A stretch of DNA of 54,787 bases from a virus (IMGVR_UViG_3300018719_000035:1-54787); one strand, 5' to 3'. Shown: positions 35,036 to 44,364, counted from the first letter of the stretch. The notes: a model not told the origin generated them from the sequence alone. Program-made: numbers and translations.

Positions 35036-35317
35036 ATGGCTCCGCGCATTGTGAATGAGCAGATTGAAGTAGAGGTTGTGGTGCCCTTCGAGGCTGAGCG
35101 AGGGGTTACTATCCCTCGCGGAATTTACAAAGCCGAAAAGAGACAAACCGAAGCTGCGGACTTGAGCAACAGTTCTTGGTCTAGCCCTAACTACTATCTA
35201 AAGTTAGACGCCGTAGAGGCGGGTCGGCTGGGGGTAACGAGTGGCCCTGGCCTTTTAGGACCGGAGTATCGCATCACTGAGCAGGTACAACGCGGAGACA
35301 TTAAGATCCGATCTTAG
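35036..35317 (+). CDS. Opposite-strand moron, hypothetical
   Basis: AAGGAGG RBS before ATG at 35036. Confidence 0.7.
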   Translation: MAPRIVNEQIEVEVVVPFEAERGVTIPRGIYKAEKRQTEAADLSNSSWSSPNYYLKLDAVEAGRLGVTSGPGLLGPEYRITEQVQRGDIKIRS

Positions 35318-35351
35318 GCTACCGGCCATCCTTCTTCTCCTACAGCCTGGG

Positions 35352-35558
35352 CTAAGCTGTGATGGTCAGAGTCTGAGGCTTGATCTCCACATGGACGAGG
35401 TCAGCGAGATCAATCGGAGCAGCATCTCTCCACCTTGTTGAGGAGTAGCGCTGCTGTGGCCCGAAGATGCCGCTTTCTTCCACCTGTAGAACAACCTTGT
35501 TGCCATCGGGGCGAAGGCGATAGCGCCCTGTCTTACGTGCCATGCTCATATCGGCCAT
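35352..35558 (-). CDS. Small hypothetical protein
   Basis: 68 aa, overlaps the HNH stop. Confidence 0.5.
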   Translation of the reverse strand: MADMSMARKTGRYRLRPDGNKVVLQVEESGIFGPQQRYSSTRWRDAAPIDLADLVHVEIKPQTLTITA

Positions 35559-35881
35559 CCATCCGCGTCTACAGCCTGGAAGCGACCTCGCTCCTCTCGC
35601 TGCTTGTCCCTGTTGTGGTGTGTCTCACAAAGGCTTTGCGTGTTCTCGTAATTGAAGAACAGGTCAGCGTTGCCCTCGTGCCTCTTGATGTGGTCCACGA
35701 TCCAGGCCTTGCCGATCTTGCCCTCTGCCCTGCACATCCGGCACAGGGGCTCGTCTCTCAGACGCTTGGACCTGATGGCGTACCAGCGCTGTGTCTTGTA
35801 CCACTGACGCCATGGCTTCTCTTGCCTGCGCCTAGCGTCGTATTCCCTGTTGCGGGCTCTGTGGTCTAGGGGTTTGGGCAT
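35546..35881 (-). CDS. HNH endonuclease, terminase cofactor (HK97 gp74-like)
   Basis: EPLCRMC...VDHIKRH.G....F....NTQSLC..HH; upstream of cos/terS. Confidence 0.9.
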   Translation of the reverse strand: MPKPLDHRARNREYDARRRQEKPWRQWYKTQRWYAIRSKRLRDEPLCRMCRAEGKIGKAWIVDHIKRHEGNADLFFNYENTQSLCETHHNRDKQREERGRFQAVDADGWPI

Positions 35882-35928
35882 TCAGGCGTGCTCTGGCAAG
35901 ATGAGCGGACTTTGCAGAAGGGTCCGCC

Positions 35929-36183
35929 ATGACAACCGAAGACACTCGCATCAAAGAGCATATCCAGAGGCACAAGGATGGTAGCCTCTGGGCCAAGGGA
36001 CAGACGATTGACGGCGTTGCAACAGGCTATTGGGAGTGGTTCAGGATCGACGGGACCAAGCTGCGCTCTGGCTACTTCGAGAACGGCGAGCAGGTTGGAG
36101 AATGGACCACATACGATAAGAATGGCGAGGTCTACAAAGTCACGAAGATTATGCCTAAGCGAGATGGATCGAAGCGGCGATGA
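35929..36183 (+). CDS. MORN-variant / YwqK-like repeat protein
   Basis: G.W.W...DG....G.F.NG...G.W..YD.NG repeats. Confidence 0.75.
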   Translation: MTTEDTRIKEHIQRHKDGSLWAKGQTIDGVATGYWEWFRIDGTKLRSGYFENGEQVGEWTTYDKNGEVYKVTKIMPKRDGSKRR

Positions 36184-36348
36184 TCCGAAGCTGATCCCTC
36201 AGCATCTCGGATAGCTGCAATTCCGTCTGGTTTTCCCTGAGTGTCAGGGTGAGGAAGCGGTAGAGAATGTCCATAGGGCTACGTTATTACGCATAAGGAG
36301 GCTGGCTCGGCTCCATCGAGTGCTGGTTCCCCGCGACCCTGCTGGATA

Positions 36349-36618
36349 TTGTCCAGCTTGTCCGAAAGGGGTAAGGCACTGGCGGCGTCGGGCAAGTTCA
36401 TGATCCAGAAACTTCCTTCAATCGACCATTCGGTCTCGTTGCACGCTTATCGTGCCTACCTGCTCAATGAGCAGGGTCGCTTTATGAACGTGATTGAGCT
36501 CTTCTGCCGGGATGACGAGGATGCGATTGAGCAGGCCCGTCGTCTTGCCAATGATCATGCCGTGGAAATCTGGGAGCGGGATCGGAAGGTAGCGCTCATC
36601 CCAGCATCTAACTCCTGA
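36349..36618 (+). CDS. Small hypothetical protein
   Basis: YRAYLL...G......L.C.DDEDAIEQAR.L....VEIW...R pattern; start uncertain. Confidence 0.6.
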   Translation: MSSLSERGKALAASGKFMIQKLPSIDHSVSLHAYRAYLLNEQGRFMNVIELFCRDDEDAIEQARRLANDHAVEIWERDRKVALIPASNS

Positions 36619-36786
36619 ACAGCCCCAGCCTCTCGGTCATGCTCTCTTCCACGTAGAGGTTCGGGGTCACCCCTTGTTAACCCAGGCAGGATAGCTTTTC
36701 CGCTACCGAGGGTTGCCTTCATCCTTCATAACCGCTAGCTAGGCGGCCATTCGACCAGATAATTCATCCACTTCGGAGGAGCCGGA

Positions 36787-37017
36787 ATGCCCCACGAAGC
36801 GTATTGCGTTAGGTATCGTAACCGTCGTTGGTTTGTTTTCCAAGGTGGCCGGGAAATTGGTGCCTTCCATTTCCGGATCAGAGCCCTTGAGTTCGCTGTT
36901 ACCACAGCCTGCCACCCCAATAAGACCGACCTACAGAACGTTTATGTGCTCGATCAGGATGGCTCTTTCTATACAGCCTGGAACTGCGCCCGAGATCTGA
37001 TCACTCTCCAGGCCTAG
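36787..37017 (+). CDS. Small hypothetical protein (DUF2188-like pattern)
   Basis: GGAGGAG RBS; W.V...G...G.F....AL..A pattern. Confidence 0.55.
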   Translation: MPHEAYCVRYRNRRWFVFQGGREIGAFHFRIRALEFAVTTACHPNKTDLQNVYVLDQDGSFYTAWNCARDLITLQA

Positions 37018-37194
37018 CAGTTACTTACCGCAGCAGCCTCAGCCTCTCGGCAATGTCCCCTTCCACATACTGATGATGGAGCGATCTCTACCATGGTCGC
37101 TCCATCATCAGAGCGGATATAGGTCTTGCGGGTTTTCGAGGACATGGACTTCGGTCAAGCAAAAGCCGCCCCCGGACAGACCGGAGCGGCTAAA

Positions 37195-37243
37195 AATATA
37201 CTCAATATGCTATTTTCTAATTGCAAAGCATACTCAGTATGCT
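37195..37243. promoter_or_regulatory. Paired operators around a putative promoter
   Basis: Palindrome AGCATACT-C-AGTATGCT at 37227-37243 and a 14/17 copy at 37195-37211; TTGCAA at 37221. Confidence 0.6.
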
Positions 37244-37296
37244 AAACCAGAGTGGTCAGGTGATTGTGCCTGACGACCGAAAGGGGGTGACACCGC

Positions 37297-37365
37297 ATGA
37301 GACTTCCGAAGCTGACGCTGATGATCAAGTTCCGGCCCTTCAAACTGGTCCTGATCATCGGCTAA
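37297..37365 (+). CDS. 22-aa basic/hydrophobic peptide MRLPKLTLMIKFRPFKLVLIIG
   Basis: Strong AAGGGGGTGA RBS; below the ORF-track size cutoff. Confidence 0.6.
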   Translation: MRLPKLTLMIKFRPFKLVLIIG

Positions 37366-37443
37366 CGCGAAGGGGGATCGGGCGAAAGCCCGGTCTCCCA
37401 CGGGAGGCGACAAGCGGTGTCACCCCTTGCAAGGAGATATAGC

Positions 37444-37656
37444 ATGACCCCTGATCAGTTCAAAGCCTGGCGCAAGCATATGAACCTGTCACAACAGGAA
37501 GCCGCTGACGCTCTAGGTCTGTCGAAGGGATCGGTGGATTTGTACGAGCGCGGAAGGCGGCGCGAGGATGAGCGGCCCGTTGTAATTCCAAAGACTGTCG
37601 AATTGGCTTGCGCCGCTCTCGCTCTCGGCATCACCCGCTATGATGGGCCTTCATAA
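37444..37656 (+). CDS. XRE-family HTH protein
   Basis: FKAWRK.MNLSQQEAADALGLS..SV..YERG; AAGGAG RBS. Confidence 0.88.
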   Translation: MTPDQFKAWRKHMNLSQQEAADALGLSKGSVDLYERGRRREDERPVVIPKTVELACAALALGITRYDGPS

Positions 37657-37687
37657 AAAAAGCCCCGCGCGATCATCTCGCCGGGGC
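37655..37687 (-). terminator. Intrinsic terminator
   Basis: GCCCCG/CGGGGC stem next to an A7 tract. Confidence 0.55.
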
Positions 37688-37831
37688 ACCCACCTAAAGC
37701 TAACGCACTCCGGGTGAAAGTCACCAAGAGTGCGTCTGTGCTTGTATAACTATATTAAGAGGCCTGCAGTTTCAAGAGTCTAGCAGGGTTATCCACGGCG
37801 CTCGGAGCCAGCAGATTCACCTCCCGGGAAC

Positions 37832-38398
37832 TCAAAGTAATGAGGCAGCTGTTTGCTCCCGTGCCGCTTTACGAAACAGCAACGCCGATCCAAGCCATAG
37901 GGCGACAAAGCCAGCCGTGAGAACCCAGGTGAAGTGTCCAGCGACCTGAGCAATGACAGCGACCAATATCTGAGCGAGCGCAACCGCTACCATCGTAACT
38001 GCCATTCCGTACGGCTGGAAACGTGCGATAGCTGCCCCGGCTATGCCAACCGCGAGCACTCCGACATACATCAGGTTGAGGGGGTTATCCTCCGACCCAA
38101 TTATCCCGACGGCAAGGTTCATCCACACAAGGACGAACGCTGCCGCCGTCGCTATTCCTACTGCAGCACGATACGCGCTGCTGCCGGTCGCCCTAGCCGC
38201 AAGCTCGTAGAGACCGCATGCGATAGCCAACATAGATCCGAAGACGATGAAATCCGTCTCATCCCAATTTACTTCCGCAGTAACCTGCATCGCGATCAGG
38301 GGCAGCAGGAGCAGGAACGCCGCGGCGCACCAGACCGCTATCCTCCAGCGGCTGCCTCGCCATCCGCTCCCAATATCTGGTTTTCCTGCCATAGCCAT
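37832..38398 (-). CDS. Multi-TM membrane protein (moron)
   Basis: About six hydrophobic segments; GGAG RBS. Confidence 0.8.
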   Translation of the reverse strand: MAMAGKPDIGSGWRGSRWRIAVWCAAAFLLLLPLIAMQVTAEVNWDETDFIVFGSMLAIACGLYELAARATGSSAYRAAVGIATAAAFVLVWMNLAVGIIGSEDNPLNLMYVGVLAVGIAGAAIARFQPYGMAVTMVAVALAQILVAVIAQVAGHFTWVLTAGFVALWLGSALLFRKAAREQTAASLL

Positions 38399-38440
38399 GC
38401 TCCGTCCATAATCTAGGATCTCACCCGGCTCCCGTCATAT

Positions 38441-39097
38441 TTACTCCGCAGCCTCCAATCGCTGCAACTCCGTCGCCTTCATCTGAACCTTCGTCCCTCG
38501 GCCCATGAAGTCGAGCAGCACTTCCACTCTGCCCTTTGAAAGCATGGAGACGACTTGTGCCTGAAGGTCCGCGAAGGCTCCCATGGTGAGACGGACGACC
38601 TCTCCCGGTTGGTACTGCGGCCCAAGGTCCGGCAGGCGCGTGAAGTCGAACTCGCCGGCCAACTCCCGCTCAAGCAGCCTCGCCAGCGGGTGAATAGGCG
38701 CTTCCTGCCCGTCTCGTGGCTCAGGAGCGGGAATGCGGGCCGGGGAGCCGTAGCCGTCGCGGACAAGGCCCTCAACACCGTCCACGCCCCGCATTTTGAA
38801 GAAATCCTGATCGGAACGGACGCCGACGAACAGATACCGAGGAAACAGCGGGTATTCCTTAGCCTCCTTCTTCCTGGCGTGGACAACCCAGCGCTTCGTC
38901 TGAGGCAGATAGGTCTGATACCCGGCACGACGGAGGCCGAGCTGCGCCCTCCTCTCGCACTTGGGATTGCAGACGACGACGAACCAGGTGAAGCCTTCGA
39001 AGGTGTCCGGAGGCTCGTGGTTGATGATGCGGCCGATCTTGGCGAAGTGCGCAGGACCGTAGTGGGCAGACAGGACATAGCGAGGGGTGGTACTCAT
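38441..39097 (-). CDS. NusG/RfaH-like antitermination factor (late regulator)
   Basis: WFVV...P..E.RA...L, PLFPRYLFV and KOW motif GEVVRLTMGAFAD; Q-like position. Confidence 0.88.
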   Translation of the reverse strand: MSTTPRYVLSAHYGPAHFAKIGRIINHEPPDTFEGFTWFVVVCNPKCERRAQLGLRRAGYQTYLPQTKRWVVHARKKEAKEYPLFPRYLFVGVRSDQDFFKMRGVDGVEGLVRDGYGSPARIPAPEPRDGQEAPIHPLARLLERELAGEFDFTRLPDLGPQYQPGEVVRLTMGAFADLQAQVVSMLSKGRVEVLLDFMGRGTKVQMKATELQRLEAAE

Positions 39098-39279
39098 TAC
39101 GCTGCTGCCTTCCATTCCATGCGGGCGAGGGCTTTCGTGACGGCTGACCGATCCACGCCATAGCGACGGGCGATCTCGGTGCGCTTCATGCCCTGGTCGA
39201 GCAGGCGAAGGATTTCGCGCTGGTCGAGAATGATCTTGCCGCAATTGGCGTAGGGCTTCTTTTCGGGCCGATAGCTCAT
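39097..39279 (-). CDS. Small HTH protein
   Basis: GMKRTEIARRYGVDRSAV. Confidence 0.7.
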   Translation of the reverse strand: MSYRPEKKPYANCGKIILDQREILRLLDQGMKRTEIARRYGVDRSAVTKALARMEWKAAA

Positions 39280-39671
39280 GCTGCCGCCCTCTGTTCGATC
39301 CGTGAACGGAACTGTTCCCGGATTTCTGCAGGCACATGGAAGCCCTGACCCCAGATGGTTTTTATCTCGATGCCGAACGGCTTGAGCTTGCGCCTGATCT
39401 TGCTGATATGAACTTTGACATTGCTGGGACCGTCGGCAGGATCTTCCTTGTCCCAATAGAGAGCGGCGGCAAGGGCTTCCTTAGTTGCGAGATCACGCGC
39501 GAGACAGACGCTCATGATGCGCTGCTCGGTCTTCGTGAGTTTCCATTCGAGAGGCAATTCTACAGCGCCCATGAGAGCAGACCTGAGATAGGCATTCTGC
39601 TCCTTGAGAAGTTCGTTCTCTTCGCGGAGCCTCTCGTTCAGGCGGGTAAGAGCATTAGACACGGCGCTCAT
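39276..39671 (-). CDS. Orphan OmpR/CtrA-type winged-helix protein
   Basis: LTKTE..I, VKVHISKIRRKL and IKTIWGQGF motifs; no receiver domain. Confidence 0.85.
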   Translation of the reverse strand: MSAVSNALTRLNERLREENELLKEQNAYLRSALMGAVELPLEWKLTKTEQRIMSVCLARDLATKEALAAALYWDKEDPADGPSNVKVHISKIRRKLKPFGIEIKTIWGQGFHVPAEIREQFRSRIEQRAAA

Positions 39672-39892
39672 GCGGCCTCTCCCTTCTTCATGCCGTCGAG
39701 GATCTTGGCGAGGCCTGCGCCGATCACGACCGGCTTGTTGGCCTCTGCCTTCAGGCGTTCCAGCGTCTCGAATGGCGTCTCTTTCGGCTTGGCAGCTTCC
39801 TTGGTGTTCATCTCCGGCCTCACAACCTCTTCCCAGAACCGGACTGCGCGGGCTCGCTGCTCGGGTGTCGCCTGATCATTCGGCTGCTGCAT
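39668..39892 (-). CDS. Hypothetical protein
   Basis: 74 aa in a coupled operon. Confidence 0.55.
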   Translation of the reverse strand: MQQPNDQATPEQRARAVRFWEEVVRPEMNTKEAAKPKETPFETLERLKAEANKPVVIGAGLAKILDGMKKGEAA

Positions 39893-40658
39893 TTTCAGCC
39901 TCCTGCAATTCGCGCAGCCCGACGAGGATGCCCTTGCCTGGGCTCTTCAGGATCCGCTCCTTGCGGGCTTGCTCTTCGGGTGTTTCAGGCTGGCGTTTTG
40001 GCTTACCGGGGCCGCGATCTTCGGGGTTCGCCGTCGTCGCGATGTTGTGCATGAGAGCGTCGAGGCAGGCGCGGCGTTCAGCCATCTCCTCTTCGGTCAG
40101 CGGCTCATAGCCCTCGGCATCGAGCACGAGCTGCAGGCCGACCTTCTGCCCAATAGCGGCAAGCGTCAGGCTCTTCGCGCAATCGTGCAGCACCCTCTCA
40201 GGCGGGGGGAACGAAGCATCGTATTCGCGGCCGATCTCGCCTTTGAGCCAGCGGGCGTAAGCCTCGCGGACGGCCCAAGCCGGAAAGTCGCGCAGCACGA
40301 TCCGGTAGCCCTCCATGCGAGCCCGCATCATGTCATCATCCTGGCGAGCAGTGGCATAGCGGACGATGATGGCGCCGATGGTTGCGTCGATGTCCTTGGC
40401 AGGCCCTGGCTGCTCCAGCAGCTCAAGCTCCGCAATCCTACGCTCGATAAACGCCCGCTGCGTCTGGTTCGGCATCGAGGAAGCCGGGAGCGTGACGACC
40501 TTTCGGCCATGTGTCCCGATCCGATAGGCGTCGTTCTTCCTCAGATCCATGCACTTCTGGTTCAGGCTCATAGCCCATGAGGGCAGCGACTCGAGCCGCG
40601 GTGCCTTCGGGTCGAGCGGCGGGATAGGTTCGACCGTTGCGAGTTGATTGCTGGGCAT
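39876..40658 (-). CDS. Replication-associated protein (position of lambda P / helicase loader)
   Basis: Follows the initiator; L.DFPAWAV..A...W..G...FPP pattern. Confidence 0.55.
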   Translation of the reverse strand: MPSNQLATVEPIPPLDPKAPRLESLPSWAMSLNQKCMDLRKNDAYRIGTHGRKVVTLPASSMPNQTQRAFIERRIAELELLEQPGPAKDIDATIGAIIVRYATARQDDDMMRARMEGYRIVLRDFPAWAVREAYARWLKGEIGREYDASFPPPERVLHDCAKSLTLAAIGQKVGLQLVLDAEGYEPLTEEEMAERRACLDALMHNIATTANPEDRGPGKPKRQPETPEEQARKERILKSPGKGILVGLRELQEAENAAAE

Positions 40659-41223
40659 TCTTGGCTCCTCGGGAATTGAGCATCACGCTGCGGGCGTAGC
40701 TGAAGGGGTCGCGGGTTCCGGCGAGCAGAGCTGCGTCGATGCCCTGCTTCACGACATCGGGCGGATGGTCTTTCAGCGCCTTGCCGATCCAGCGGCCAAC
40801 CGCCTCCTCGGACTTCCCCGACAGGTCGGCCAGGGCGGCTTTCGAGTTCCAGATCTGATCGTTGATCGAAACTTCCGAAGCGCAGCCGGCAGGCAGCGCC
40901 GATGCGTCAGCATCGGAACTGTGGGGAGGTAAGGAGGGGGGTTGAGTTATATTCTCTTGGGGGGAACCATCGGAGGGGAGGTCCCCTGCTGTCCCGGTCT
41001 GTCCCGATATGTCCCGGCTTGTCCCCGGGACATCGGGGGACACTTGGGCAACGGCAGGACGCTTCGCGGCGCGTTGGCGAGCTTTCTTTGCAGCCGCCTT
41101 TGCGCGCTTCTCTGCGAGAATAGCGTCTTCTTTTGCCTTAGCGGCCTCAACGGCAGCAAGGATCACTTCGATGGACGCGCCGGCCTCGGCCATCGCCCGT
41201 AGAATGGCTGGATCGATGCTCAC
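40438..41223 (-). CDS. Replication initiator-like protein
   Basis: Contains an internal iteron array; position after the cro operon. Confidence 0.7.
   Translation of the reverse strand: MSIDPAILRAMAEAGASIEVILAAVEAAKAKEDAILAEKRAKAAAKKARQRAAKRPAVAQVSPDVPGTSRDISGQTGTAGDLPSDGSPQENITQPPSLPPHSSDADASALPAGCASEVSINDQIWNSKAALADLSGKSEEAVGRWIGKALKDHPPDVVKQGIDAALLAGTRDPFSYARSVMLNSRGAKNAQQSTRNGRTYPAARPEGTAARVAALMGYEPEPEVHGSEEERRLSDRDTWPKGRHAPGFLDAEPDAAGVYRA
40981..41042. repeat. Helper origin iterons
   Basis: GTCCC at an exact 10-bp period (40981, 40991, 41001, 41011, 41021), followed by inverted GGGAC copies. Confidence 0.7.
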
Positions 41224-41483
41224 GCGGCACCTCGCTTGCTGGCGATGAAGGCACGTACGTCTTCTTCGTTGGCCTTGAGCCAGCGGAGGGTTTCGACGGC
41301 GGCCTCAAGCGCCGGCTGAGACCGGAGCGTGTTGAGGCGGTCCAGTTCGATGGTCTCACGCTCGCTGGGCTTCAGGCGCTCGCTCTGAAGGCGGCGCTCT
41401 GATGCTTCCAAGAAGCCACGACGCGAGAGCATGTCGCAGGCGACGGCATCAATCTGGGCGTCGAGAGAGGGGCGTTCGCTCAT
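41220..41483 (-). CDS. Hypothetical protein
   Basis: ATG at 41483 coupled to the resolvase stop. Confidence 0.65.
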   Translation of the reverse strand: MSERPSLDAQIDAVACDMLSRRGFLEASERRLQSERLKPSERETIELDRLNTLRSQPALEAAVETLRWLKANEEDVRAFIASKRGAA

Positions 41484-41965
41484 GGCGTAACCCTCGGCTG
41501 AATGTCTCGGAACATCGTCTCGGCGGCATAGCGGGCGATGAGAGCGGCCTCGGCCCTGCCGTGGTCCTTCTTGCGGGAGAAGCATGTCGCTGCCGGCCAG
41601 AGACGGGTTGCAAGCGCCCTCGCCTCTTCCTTGTCGGACGACAGGCGGAAGTGCTTCTTCCACTTGCCGGGGGTGACAAGGTGCATGGGGATGAAGGCGG
41701 CACCGATGACGCCGCGGACCAGGCCATACGCGACACCGAACTTGAACGTGGATGAGACGCCCTGCTTCGGCATAGCGCCAACCAGTTCGACCATCGCAAG
41801 AGCCGGTCTCGCCTCCTCCAGCCGGCGCGCCAGAGCAGCCGGATTGATCGACCCGTCAACGGTCGGCACGTCCTCGGCAATGATCATGTGAGGAGCGGAC
41901 GGCCAGTAGAGGGCGATTGCGCCGGATGAACCGGGGTCGACACCGAGGATGCAGATATCGCTCAT
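41480..41965 (-). CDS. RuvC-like Holliday junction resolvase
   Basis: ILGVDPG, VE.V.AMPKQGVSSTFKFG, VTP..WKK and DHGRAEAALIA motifs. Confidence 0.88.
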   Translation of the reverse strand: MSDICILGVDPGSSGAIALYWPSAPHMIIAEDVPTVDGSINPAALARRLEEARPALAMVELVGAMPKQGVSSTFKFGVAYGLVRGVIGAAFIPMHLVTPGKWKKHFRLSSDKEEARALATRLWPAATCFSRKKDHGRAEAALIARYAAETMFRDIQPRVTP

Positions 41966-41967
41966 GC

Positions 41968-42246
41968 TCAGTCCTCACGCGCATGCGCATGCGTACGTGA
42001 GGCGTCCTCGTAGGCCTGCAGGTACAGGTCACGGATCGTCTCGCGTTCGGAGAGCTTCTCGGGATCCTTCTGCATCTTGCGGATGCGTGCGATGGCATCG
42101 CCCAAGGCAGTCTTGTCGAAGCCCATAGCCTTGGCCTCGGCATAGACGCTCTTGATGTCTTCCTTGATCTGGTCCTCTTCGGACTTCAGGCGCAGGATGC
42201 GGTCCATGAAGGAGGTGACCGGCTCAACGTTCGATCCGTCGCTCAT
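41968..42246 (-). CDS. GapR/DUF2312-family DNA-binding protein
   Basis: FMDRILRL..EE..I.EDIK.VYAEAKAMGFDK motif. Confidence 0.85.
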   Translation of the reverse strand: MSDGSNVEPVTSFMDRILRLKSEEDQIKEDIKSVYAEAKAMGFDKTALGDAIARIRKMQKDPEKLSERETIRDLYLQAYEDASRTHAHARED

Positions 42247-42545
42247 GCTGCAGCCTTTCCGGTCTTGAGGGTGCGGTAGACGGCTGAATGGGCGCAGCCG
42301 AGACGCGCAGCGATCTGGCGATAGTTGAGGCCCTGGTCCTGAAGCGCCTTGCAGACGTTGAAGGCGATCCTCTTCCGGGGGCCACGCTTGAGAGGGCCAA
42401 AGGGAAGCTGAATGCCCTTGATGCACTCGTGGACAGCTCCCCTTCCCTTCACCTTCGCGAGCGCCTGGATCTCGCTGATGCTGTGGCCTTTGGCGCGAAG
42501 CGCTTTGATGGCGGTAATGGTCTCGTCAGGAAGGCGGCGGCTCAT
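42243..42545 (-). CDS. Double-HTH protein
   Basis: GHSISEI and GLNYRQIAARLGCAHSAV. Confidence 0.7.
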   Translation of the reverse strand: MSRRLPDETITAIKALRAKGHSISEIQALAKVKGRGAVHECIKGIQLPFGPLKRGPRKRIAFNVCKALQDQGLNYRQIAARLGCAHSAVYRTLKTGKAAA

Positions 42546-43045
42546 GCGGCGCCTCCATTCCGGCGCATCGGCACCGGCGCGCTGAGGTCGCGCTTCGCGT
42601 CCCGCCTGAACTCGGCGATCTCGATCTGCAGCTGCGCGGCGAGTGACTCCAGCTGCACCAGCTCCACGGCATCGATGCCGTCCCTGCGGGCTTCCTGCAA
42701 TCTCACCATCAGAGCGCATGCAGCGCGGGTCAGATCGGTGGCGTGCTCGTCATAGTCCGCTTCTTGCTTGAGGGAGCGATCACGAGGAACGAGGTCGCAA
42801 TCATGCAGGTCAGCAAGGATGCGGGTGACGATGGGCGCATTCGCCTTGGCTTCCAGATCCGCAATAACATCGACCGGCGCGTTGGTTGTTTCGTGCGGGC
42901 TGCCATAGCGGGAGAGGCGAGCCGGATCTACGCGGGTTACTTCAGCGGCCGCCTTCGGACCGCCGACCTCAGGATGCTTGATCAGCTCGTCTTGCGCCTT
43001 CTTCAGGCGGTCGTAATCGATGCGGGCGAGATAACGAGAGTTCAT
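42542..43045 (-). CDS. CII-like phage regulatory protein
   Basis: GG...AA..TRV....LSRY.S.....AP.DVIADLE pattern; downstream of cro. Confidence 0.6.
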   Translation of the reverse strand: MNSRYLARIDYDRLKKAQDELIKHPEVGGPKAAAEVTRVDPARLSRYGSPHETTNAPVDVIADLEAKANAPIVTRILADLHDCDLVPRDRSLKQEADYDEHATDLTRAACALMVRLQEARRDGIDAVELVQLESLAAQLQIEIAEFRRDAKRDLSAPVPMRRNGGAA

Positions 43046-43334
43046 GCCACGTTCTCAGGAATAATTGCGATGACGATGGACAGGAGGGGTGCGAAAACAG
43101 CAGCCGTAGCGAGGGGGCTCGAACGATGGGCGACGGCAAAGACAGAAAGGCGACGGGAGCCAGCGACAGACAGGTGCGCGCTCACATTCGCCGCGTGCTG
43201 AAGCAGTTGTTGCCGAAGGGTGGAGAGGAGAAGAAAGGCGCGGGCGACCAAAGACGGTTGCACGAGGTCGCCCGCGCAGGTGCCATCAGCCAGGGAGGAA
43301 GAGCTGATGGAGCGGGAACAGATAGCGGAGCGCA

Positions 43335-43556
43335 TCAGGCGGCCTCGTCGGTCTGAGCGAGAGGTTCAGCCTTGATCCACTCTGAGGCGGGGACGGCGCC
43401 CTCGGTCACCGCTTCAATCCGCACGGCAACAGCTAAGGACGGCTTCCGCTCACCATACTTGAGCTTGCGGATGCCATGGGAAGTGATGGAGCCGACGCGA
43501 ACCGCCATCGTCTCGTCATCAAGGGCGTTTGCACGCATGTATTCGATGAGCTTCAT
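43335..43556 (-). CDS. cro: Cro-like repressor
   Basis: GERKPS...A.RIE..TEG.V...W; divergent from cI. Confidence 0.8.
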   Translation of the reverse strand: MKLIEYMRANALDDETMAVRVGSITSHGIRKLKYGERKPSLAVAVRIEAVTEGAVPASEWIKAEPLAQTDEAA

Positions 43557-43564
43557 GAGCAAGG

Positions 43565-43652
43565 ATATTCCCCTTAAGGGGGAAGTTTGTCAACCCCTAC
43601 AAGGGGAAGGACAGCCCCACTCCTTTGGTGCGATTTTCCCCTCTATGGGGAC
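43565..43652. promoter_or_regulatory. OR operators and cro promoter
   Basis: CCCC-N5-GGGG operators at 43568, 43592 and 43636; TTGACA-N17-GAATAT on the minus strand (43593-43565). Confidence 0.8.
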
Positions 43653-44364
43653 GAACCTAAGAAGATTGAGGATCGCCAAGGGCTGGACGCACGAAGAAGC
43701 GGCCCAACACATGGGGATCTCACGCGGGCAATTCATCAAGCTTGAGCGCGGTGAACGACAGCTCACTGATCGCACCATCGCGCTTGCTGCAAAGGCGTTC
43801 GGTGTGAGCAAGGGGGAAATTGTCGACGACGCTGGCGCCCCTTCGGCTCGAAGCCGCCCGGAGAGTTTGGTGGAGGAGCTACCCGCTGGGGATGCATTCA
43901 CCTTCGCGAAGGTCGATGGCTCTGTACAGGCCGGCGCCTTCCTGGCCCTTGAGGCGTTTGATGACGACTTGGGCGAGGTGGTTTCCGCACCGCGCGATCC
44001 GGCCTTCCCCTTCGCCAGGCAAGTCGCCTATCGCGTAAAGGGCGACTCGATGAACCGTGCCCAGCCCAAGCCCATGAACGAGGGAGATGTCATCATCTGC
44101 GCCGCATGGGAGGACGTAGGGCTGAAGGAGAAAGACGGCCTGAACGTTGTCGTCCAGCAGACCACCGCTGACGGCCAGCTTCGGGAGCGCTCCGTGAAAG
44201 AGCTGCGGGTGTTCCCTGACCGGGTTGAGTTTCATCCCCGGTCAAGCAATCCAGCTCACAAGCCCATCATCGTGAATCGCGAGTTTCACACCGACGACGG
44301 CAAGGAGGTCACGATCCTCGCCCTCGTGCGGTACGTCTTCGATAACCAGGCGCTGCCGGTCTAG
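43645..44364 (+). CDS. cI: CI-like repressor (HTH plus S24 peptidase)
   Basis: N-terminal XRE HTH; VQAG cleavage-like site; VKGDSM and SVKEL catalytic Ser/Lys. Confidence 0.92.
   Translation: MGTNLRRLRIAKGWTHEEAAQHMGISRGQFIKLERGERQLTDRTIALAAKAFGVSKGEIVDDAGAPSARSRPESLVEELPAGDAFTFAKVDGSVQAGAFLALEAFDDDLGEVVSAPRDPAFPFARQVAYRVKGDSMNRAQPKPMNEGDVIICAAWEDVGLKEKDGLNVVVQQTTADGQLRERSVKELRVFPDRVEFHPRSSNPAHKPIIVNREFHTDDGKEVTILALVRYVFDNQALPV

Noticed and set aside
40981-41042. Short periodic repeats here and at 30819-30918 as CRISPR-like arrays
   Set aside because: The units are too short, there are no spacer-length unique sequences and no cas genes. Their position in rep genes fits iterons.
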